Assembly (NCBI GenBank): GCA_965223545.1
Contig: OZ245006.1
Coordinates: 6,592,001 to 6,656,000, forward strand
DNA from: Planctomycetota bacterium
Lineage (GTDB): Bacteria > Planctomycetota > UBA1135 > UBA2386
Direction of reading: 5' to 3'
Length of the DNA stretch: 64,000 bases
Positions 58,631 through 64,000 of the stretch are shown here, piece by piece. The first letter of the stretch is position 1, and each line of letters begins with the position of its first letter. A model generated the notes under the pieces. That model was not told the origin of the DNA. It was given only the letters and a program-made list of their open reading frames with translations, and ran no database searches. The position numbers and the translations under genes are program-made.

Positions 58631-60400
58631 TCAGCCGTGGGCCAGCATGCGCGCGTAGCACCCATCCGCCCGCGCCAGCTGCTCGTGCGTGCCGCGCTCG
58701 ACGATGCGGCCGTCCTGCATGACGAGAATGCGATCGGCGCGGCGCACCGTCGACAGGCGGTGGGCGACCACCAGCGCGGTGCGGTGCTGCAGGACGCGGC
58801 GCAGTCCTGATTGGATCGTGGCCTCGCTGTCGCTGTCGATGCTGGCGGTGGCCTCGTCGAGGATCAGCAGGTCGGGGTCGTGCACCAGCGCGCGGGCGAA
58901 CGACAGCAGCTGCCGCTGCCCGACGCTGAGAGTGGCGCCGCGCTCCTGCACCGGCGCTCGCAGGCCGCCGGGGATCGCCGCGACGATGTCGTCGGCGCCG
59001 ACCGCCGCCAGCGCCTGCCACGCGCGGTCTTCGTCGATGCTGTCGTCGAACAAGCGCAGATTGTCGAGGATCGTGCCGCTGAAGAGTACGACCTCCTGCG
59101 GCACTACGGCGACGCGCCGCCGCAGGCCGTTGAGATCGAGAGTCGGCAGCGGCGCTCCGTCGAGCAGGACGCGGCCGGCGGTGGGGTCGTCGAGCCGGGA
59201 GGCCAGCGCCAGCACGGTGCTCTTGCCCGCACCGGTCGGGCCGACCAGGGCGACGTTCTCGCCGGGGCGGACCTCGAACGAGACGTCGTGCAGGACGCGG
59301 CGGTCGCTGCCGTAGGCGAACGAGACCGCGTCGAACGTCAGGTGTGCGGCCGCGCGCGGCTGCGCCTTGGGCTCCGCCGGTGGCGCCGGGTGGCGGGGTT
59401 CGTCGAGGATCGCGAACAGGCGCTCGCAACTCGACATCGCGCTCTGCAGCACGTTGTACTTCTCGCCGAGCTCGCGGATCGGCTCGGTGAGCCGGTTGTA
59501 GTACAGCCAGAACTGGACGAATGCGCCGGTGCTGAGCGCGCCGTGCAGGATGTCGTGGGTGCCGATGGCGAGGATCGCCACCTGACCGAGGCGCAGGCTG
59601 CCGTCGACCAGCGCGACGAATAGGGCGAACTGCGCCACCGTGCGCAGCCACGCGTCGCGGGTGGTGTGGTTGTGGGCGGTATAGCGGTCGGCGACGCGCT
59701 GCTCCGCGGTAAACAGCTTGGCCACCCGCACGCCACCGATCGCCTCGGCGGCGTAGCCGTTCTGCGCGCCGAGTGCGTGCCGCACCGCGCGGTAGGTCAG
59801 CCGCACGCCAGCGCGGAAACGCAGGCTGATACCGATCAACAGCGGCGTCAGCAGGACGGTGACCAGCGCCAGCCAAGCGTCGATCCAGAACAGCACGGCG
59901 AGGGTGCCGAAGATCTTCAGCAGGTCGAACAGCGCCTGCAGGACGCCGGTCGAGATCAGCTCGTTGAGGTTCTCGACGTCGGCGGTGACGCGGGTCACCA
60001 GGCGGCCGGCGGCGTGCCGGTCGTGGAAGCGCGGGCTCACCGACAACAGGTGTTCGAACAGCGCGCAGCGCATATCGCGGATGACGCGTTGGCCGGCCTT
60101 GGCGGTGAGCATGGCGTAGCCGAAGCCGAGGGCGACTGCCGCGAGCGTGACGGCTGCGTAGGCCAGCGCCAGAGTGGTCAGGCCCTGCAGCGCGTCGGGC
60201 GCGCCGCCGACCGCGGCGGCGATGGGGCCGTCGATGGCGCGGCGCACCAGGTAGGGGCCGACGACCTCCAGGCCGAACGACACCAGCAGGATCAGCAGGC
60301 TGACGGCGAACGCGCGCCGGTAGGGGCGGACGAACGGCCACAACCGTCGCAGATGACGCAGCTCGAAGGTGCCCTCGTCACTGTCGGGCCGGGTGCTCAT
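58631..60400 (-). CDS. ABC exporter half-transporter (MdlB-like)
   Basis: TMD plus GPTGAGKST, LSVGQRQ, LILDEAT, VAHR. Confidence 0.93.
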   Translation of the reverse strand: MSTRPDSDEGTFELRHLRRLWPFVRPYRRAFAVSLLILLVSFGLEVVGPYLVRRAIDGPIAAAVGGAPDALQGLTTLALAYAAVTLAAVALGFGYAMLTAKAGQRVIRDMRCALFEHLLSVSPRFHDRHAAGRLVTRVTADVENLNELISTGVLQALFDLLKIFGTLAVLFWIDAWLALVTVLLTPLLIGISLRFRAGVRLTYRAVRHALGAQNGYAAEAIGGVRVAKLFTAEQRVADRYTAHNHTTRDAWLRTVAQFALFVALVDGSLRLGQVAILAIGTHDILHGALSTGAFVQFWLYYNRLTEPIRELGEKYNVLQSAMSSCERLFAILDEPRHPAPPAEPKAQPRAAAHLTFDAVSFAYGSDRRVLHDVSFEVRPGENVALVGPTGAGKSTVLALASRLDDPTAGRVLLDGAPLPTLDLNGLRRRVAVVPQEVVLFSGTILDNLRLFDDSIDEDRAWQALAAVGADDIVAAIPGGLRAPVQERGATLSVGQRQLLSFARALVHDPDLLILDEATASIDSDSEATIQSGLRRVLQHRTALVVAHRLSTVRRADRILVMQDGRIVERGTHEQLARADGCYARMLAHG

Positions 60401-60596
60401 CGCGGCCACCGCCGCAAACACGGAGCGATCCGCGACTCGAGCGTTGGTCGCAGATCCCGCGGTCGCCGGCGGCCGCGCTGAGCGCAGACGCCAGTGTTGC
60501 TTTCGAGCCTCCGGGAGTTGCGTTGTCGAATTTCCAGCGGCATCGAGCCTTCGGAAAGGCTGTCGCCGCGCGAAGATCCTCGGCCCCGGATGCTCA
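60396..60596 (-). mobile_element. TGAG-bounded two-hairpin element, copy C (between the ABC genes)
   Basis: Diverged homolog of copies A and B; TGAG repeats 197 bp apart, coinciding with the upstream stop and downstream start. Confidence 0.8.
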
Positions 60597-62339
60597 TTCG
60601 AGTTGGTCCCGCGCCCGGTCGCGCTGCAGGGCGGCGATCGCCGCGTACTGGCCGCCGCGGCGCAGCAGCTCTTCGTGCGTGCCGCGCTCGACGATGCGGC
60701 CACCGTCCAGCACCAGGATCTCGTCGGCGGCGGCGACCGCCGACAGTCGGTGGCTGGCGATGATGCGCGTCTGGGCCGGCCGGTGGATACGCAATCGGTC
60801 GAGGATCCTGGCCTCGGTGCGGTGGTCGACCGCCGACAGCGTGTCGTCGAGCACCAGCACCGGACGGTCGGCCGCGAGCGCGCGCGCCAGCGAGACGCGC
60901 TGCTTCTGTCCGCCCGACAGCGTCACTCCGCGTTCGCCGACGATGCTGTCGAGGCCCTGAGGGTAGGCGTCGAGGTCCTGGTCGACCGCGCTGGTGTGCA
61001 CCGCGGCGGCGACGGCCGCGGGGTCGCCGCCGCCGAACGCGATGTTGTCGCGCACGGCGTCGCCGAACAGGAACGGATCCTGCGGGGCGCAGGCGAATGC
61101 GCTGCGCACCGTGTCGCGCCGCAAGCGCAGCACGTCCTCGCCGTCGAGGAAGACAGTCCCCGGCGGCGGACGGTAGAGCAAGGTCAGCAGCGCCAACAGA
61201 GTCGACTTGCCGGAGCCGATGCTGCCGACCAAGCCCAGGGTCTGCCCCGGTTGCAGCCGAAGGTCGATTCCAGCCAATGCCGGCCGCGGGCTGTCGGGGT
61301 ACGTATACGACAGGTCGCGCACCTCGAGTGCGCCGCGAACGCGGAGCTCGAGCTCGCCGTCCTGTTCGGGTGTGGCTTGCAGCAGCTCGTCGATCCGCGC
61401 CGCGGCGGCGAACGCGCGCTGCACTACCGCCGCGATCCAGCTCGCTGCCAGCAGCGGCCAGACGACGATGCTGGTGAGGCCCAAGAACTGCACCAGCTCG
61501 CCGACGGTCAGCCGCCCCGCCATCGCTTCCCGGGCGCCGAAGACCAACACGGCAAGCACGACGAGCTCGCGGCTGGTGTGGATCAGCAGGTTGATCCACG
61601 CCCGCACGCGGGCGAGGCCGACGTTGTGGCCGAGATACGCATCGGCCAGCTGTCGCATCGCCTCGGCCTCGATCGGTGCGCGGCCGAAGGTCAGCAGCAC
61701 GCGCACTCCGCCGAAGTCCTCGGCGGCGCGCTGCGAGATCGCACCGATGGCTTCCTGGGCTGCGGTGCTGTGCCGGTGCAGGCGCGGCAACAAGATCGCG
61801 AGACCGCCGAGCAAGATGCCGAACGACAGCGTCGCGGCCAGGCAGACCGACGCCGACAGCGAGGCCATCAGGTAGATCGCGCCCGGCACGACGACCAGCG
61901 ACGCGCCGCCGTGCAGCAGCGCGGGGCCGACGACGAAGCGCACCAGCTCGACGTCTTGGGTGAAGCGGCTGATCACGTCGCCGGTGCGGGCGCGGTCGAA
62001 CCAGGTCGCCGGCAGCCGCAACAACCGGTGCATCAGCCGGTCCTTGAGCGTCGCCTCGGCGCCGCGCGATGCGTCGATCAACAGCCGCCGCGCAGTGTAG
62101 CGCAGTCCCGCCTCGGCGATCCCGCAGAGCCCCACGGCGGCCGCCAGCTCCAGCAGCGTGCGCCAGCGCGGCCCGATCGCCCCGTCCGACGCGGCCAGGT
62201 CGACGGCGTGTCCGACCAGCATCGGGATCGCCAGCAGCGCCGCCGCGGCGGCGGGCACGCAGACGAGGCCGAGCGCGACCCGCGCGCGGTGTGGTCGCAG
62301 TAAGGCCTGCGCCAGGCGGAACAGTGGGGGCACGGTCAC
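60594..62339 (-). CDS. ABC exporter half-transporter (MdlA-like, degenerate Walker B)
   Basis: GSIGSGKST, LSGGQKQR, LVLDD. Confidence 0.92.
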   Translation of the reverse strand: MTVPPLFRLAQALLRPHRARVALGLVCVPAAAAALLAIPMLVGHAVDLAASDGAIGPRWRTLLELAAAVGLCGIAEAGLRYTARRLLIDASRGAEATLKDRLMHRLLRLPATWFDRARTGDVISRFTQDVELVRFVVGPALLHGGASLVVVPGAIYLMASLSASVCLAATLSFGILLGGLAILLPRLHRHSTAAQEAIGAISQRAAEDFGGVRVLLTFGRAPIEAEAMRQLADAYLGHNVGLARVRAWINLLIHTSRELVVLAVLVFGAREAMAGRLTVGELVQFLGLTSIVVWPLLAASWIAAVVQRAFAAAARIDELLQATPEQDGELELRVRGALEVRDLSYTYPDSPRPALAGIDLRLQPGQTLGLVGSIGSGKSTLLALLTLLYRPPPGTVFLDGEDVLRLRRDTVRSAFACAPQDPFLFGDAVRDNIAFGGGDPAAVAAAVHTSAVDQDLDAYPQGLDSIVGERGVTLSGGQKQRVSLARALAADRPVLVLDDTLSAVDHRTEARILDRLRIHRPAQTRIIASHRLSAVAAADEILVLDGGRIVERGTHEELLRRGGQYAAIAALQRDRARDQLE

Positions 62340-62414
62340 CGTCTTGTTGTCGCGGTTCGGGCCGCCAAAGTCGACAGCGGCGGGGGGGCGCCGGCGCCGG
62401 CGCCACGGTGCGCG

Positions 62415-64000
62415 TCAGCCGCCGTTCACCTCGAGCCAGCGGCGCTTGGCGGCGGCCAGCGACGCATCGTCCAGCGTCGCCTCGATGGTCATTTCGTCGA
62501 TCTCGACCAGGTGGGGCGCGTGCAGCCAGAAGAACAGCATGCCCTGCTGTGGCAGCGTGGTCCCGCGCAGATTGCCTCGATCCTTGCGGCCGATGCGCGT
62601 GGTGAAGGTCTCCCCGGCGTGGTGGTACTCCACGGTGTAGGTGTCGCCGGCGACGAGCACGGGCCGGTCATCGGCATTGCGCACCGTTGCACCGCGCCGC
62701 GGCAAGACATTGCCGAAGAGGTCGATGCCGATGAAGTTGCCCTTGCCGTCATCGCACACGCCGGCGATGAAGGTGGTCTCACCGCCGAGCCGCAGCTGGA
62801 AGCGAACCTGGAAGGGTGCGGCGAACGGCAGCCGCAGACGCACGCACGTCGTGCCCAGGATCGACAGCGTGCCGGACTCCGCGGTGATGCTCGTGCTGAG
62901 CGGGTCCTCCCCGGCGAGGATCACGGTCCTGGGGTAGCCCTCGACCGCCTCGAAGTCTTCGCTTCCTCCGCCGGCGAAATCCCAGCGCAGCCGCACGCGG
63001 TCGCCATCGAGCCGTTCGACGTCCGCCGCCACGCCGAGGCAGCGCGGGTCGACGGGGTCGAAGGCGCGCGCCACCAGCGCGCGCTGCAGCTGCTTCAGTG
63101 GCTGCTCGCGCTCGGCCACCAGCGCGAGGTCGGCATGGCGCCTGCGCAAGCCGCTGACCTCGTCCACCAGCGCCATCGCCGCCGCGGCCTCCTCGGGCAG
63201 CGGCCCCGTGCTGAACTGCGCCAGGCTCTCCGCAACCGTGGCCAGCGTCCGATAGTGCCCGGCGGCCGCCAGGTCGTCCTTCAGCGCGCGGCTGTCGGCG
63301 TCGCCATCGCATCGGGCGGCGGCGGCCGCCGCGTCGCCATCCTGCAGGTACAGCAGGTAGGGCGGCAGCCAGTCGGGAGTCGGCTTCTTGGCGCGCTTGG
63401 CTTCGCGGACGAGGTCGTCGGCGTCGAAGTCGCGCAGCGACACCTGGTAGTCCCGTCCGCCGCGCTCGAGGTGGATCACGCCGTCTTCGATGCGCACCAC
63501 GTTGCCGCGCACCGGGCGCGCTTCGGTCTCCACCCGGATGAACTGGCCTTTGCTCAGGATCTCGCTGCGCAGCTGATACACCGTCTGTAAGCGGCGCAGG
63601 GCGCGCTGCACGCGGGCCTTGGCTTCGCCGTCGGGCGGCGCCAGCCTGCGCAGCCGCGTCGCCGCGGGTTGGAAGGCGCCGCGCCCCGCCTCGGCCAGAG
63701 CCAGCGCCAGCTCGGCTTCCCACTCGTGGTCCTTCAGCTGGAACGCGTCGAGGTCGGGCGGGACCACGTCCAGCGTGTCGTCGGCCGCATCGCCGGCGGT
63801 GGCCTCGGTGACCTCGCCGCCGTCCGCCGCTGGATCGTCCGGATCGCGCAGCGGACCGACGCTGCGCAGGGTCGGTGCCGATGGCAGCTCCTGATCCGGC
63901 CGCGCGGCGGTGTACTGCGCGCGCACGTAGGCGACGAACTCCCGGTCGAGGTCGGCCAGTGCGACGCCGCCGAGGGCCTCGGTGAACGCTGCGACGCCGT
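62415..64000 (-). CDS. Hypothetical protein, 5' end probably outside the window
   Basis: Long open frame reaching the window edge; acidic linker, helical middle, beta-rich C-terminus. Confidence 0.65.
   Translation of the reverse strand, partial: GVAAFTEALGGVALADLDREFVAYVRAQYTAARPDQELPSAPTLRSVGPLRDPDDPAADGGEVTEATAGDAADDTLDVVPPDLDAFQLKDHEWEAELALALAEAGRGAFQPAATRLRRLAPPDGEAKARVQRALRRLQTVYQLRSEILSKGQFIRVETEARPVRGNVVRIEDGVIHLERGGRDYQVSLRDFDADDLVREAKRAKKPTPDWLPPYLLYLQDGDAAAAAARCDGDADSRALKDDLAAAGHYRTLATVAESLAQFSTGPLPEEAAAAMALVDEVSGLRRRHADLALVAEREQPLKQLQRALVARAFDPVDPRCLGVAADVERLDGDRVRLRWDFAGGGSEDFEAVEGYPRTVILAGEDPLSTSITAESGTLSILGTTCVRLRLPFAAPFQVRFQLRLGGETTFIAGVCDDGKGNFIGIDLFGNVLPRRGATVRNADDRPVLVAGDTYTVEYHHAGETFTTRIGRKDRGNLRGTTLPQQGMLFFWLHAPHLVEIDEMTIEATLDDASLAAAKRRWLEVNGG

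Overview
High-GC bacterial DNA, most likely a planctomycete: it has a DUF1501 plus cytochrome-c/DUF1549/DUF1553 pair, an ECF sigma/Ser-Thr kinase pair and many secreted orphan proteins. The left 2.2 kb is the edge of an island integrated at tRNA-Phe(GAA), with a tyrosine integrase, arm-like repeats and an Xis-like ORF. Core genes follow (ribF, def, rpsT, mfd, rnc, typA, hflKC), along with a tandem pair of prenyltransferase-repeat paralogs, a BlaI/M56 pair, a SigK/RskA-type lipid-modification and fasciclin cluster containing a B12-binding protein, an IS1-like element inside a SnoaL gene, small regulators, and a heterodimeric ABC exporter. Best leads, all read by eye: (1) a dispersed ~200-bp two-hairpin element in three diverged copies (41579-41777, 53346-53547, 60396-60596). 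Each is bounded by direct TGAG repeats and oriented with the gene it follows or interrupts. One copy is in frame inside a CDS, one starts at a stop codon, and one splits an ATGA overlap and bridges it with a 66-codon ORF. (2) A synonymously recoded second copy of the last 24 integrase codons, bracketing a small Zn-finger ORF. (3) A shared ECF promoter motif across the lipid/fasciclin cluster. (4) A BlaR-like sensor with CxxCH plus LysM. (5) A recurring beta-rich domain in four secreted proteins. No searches were run; family assignments come from recognised motifs and start codons were chosen by eye.
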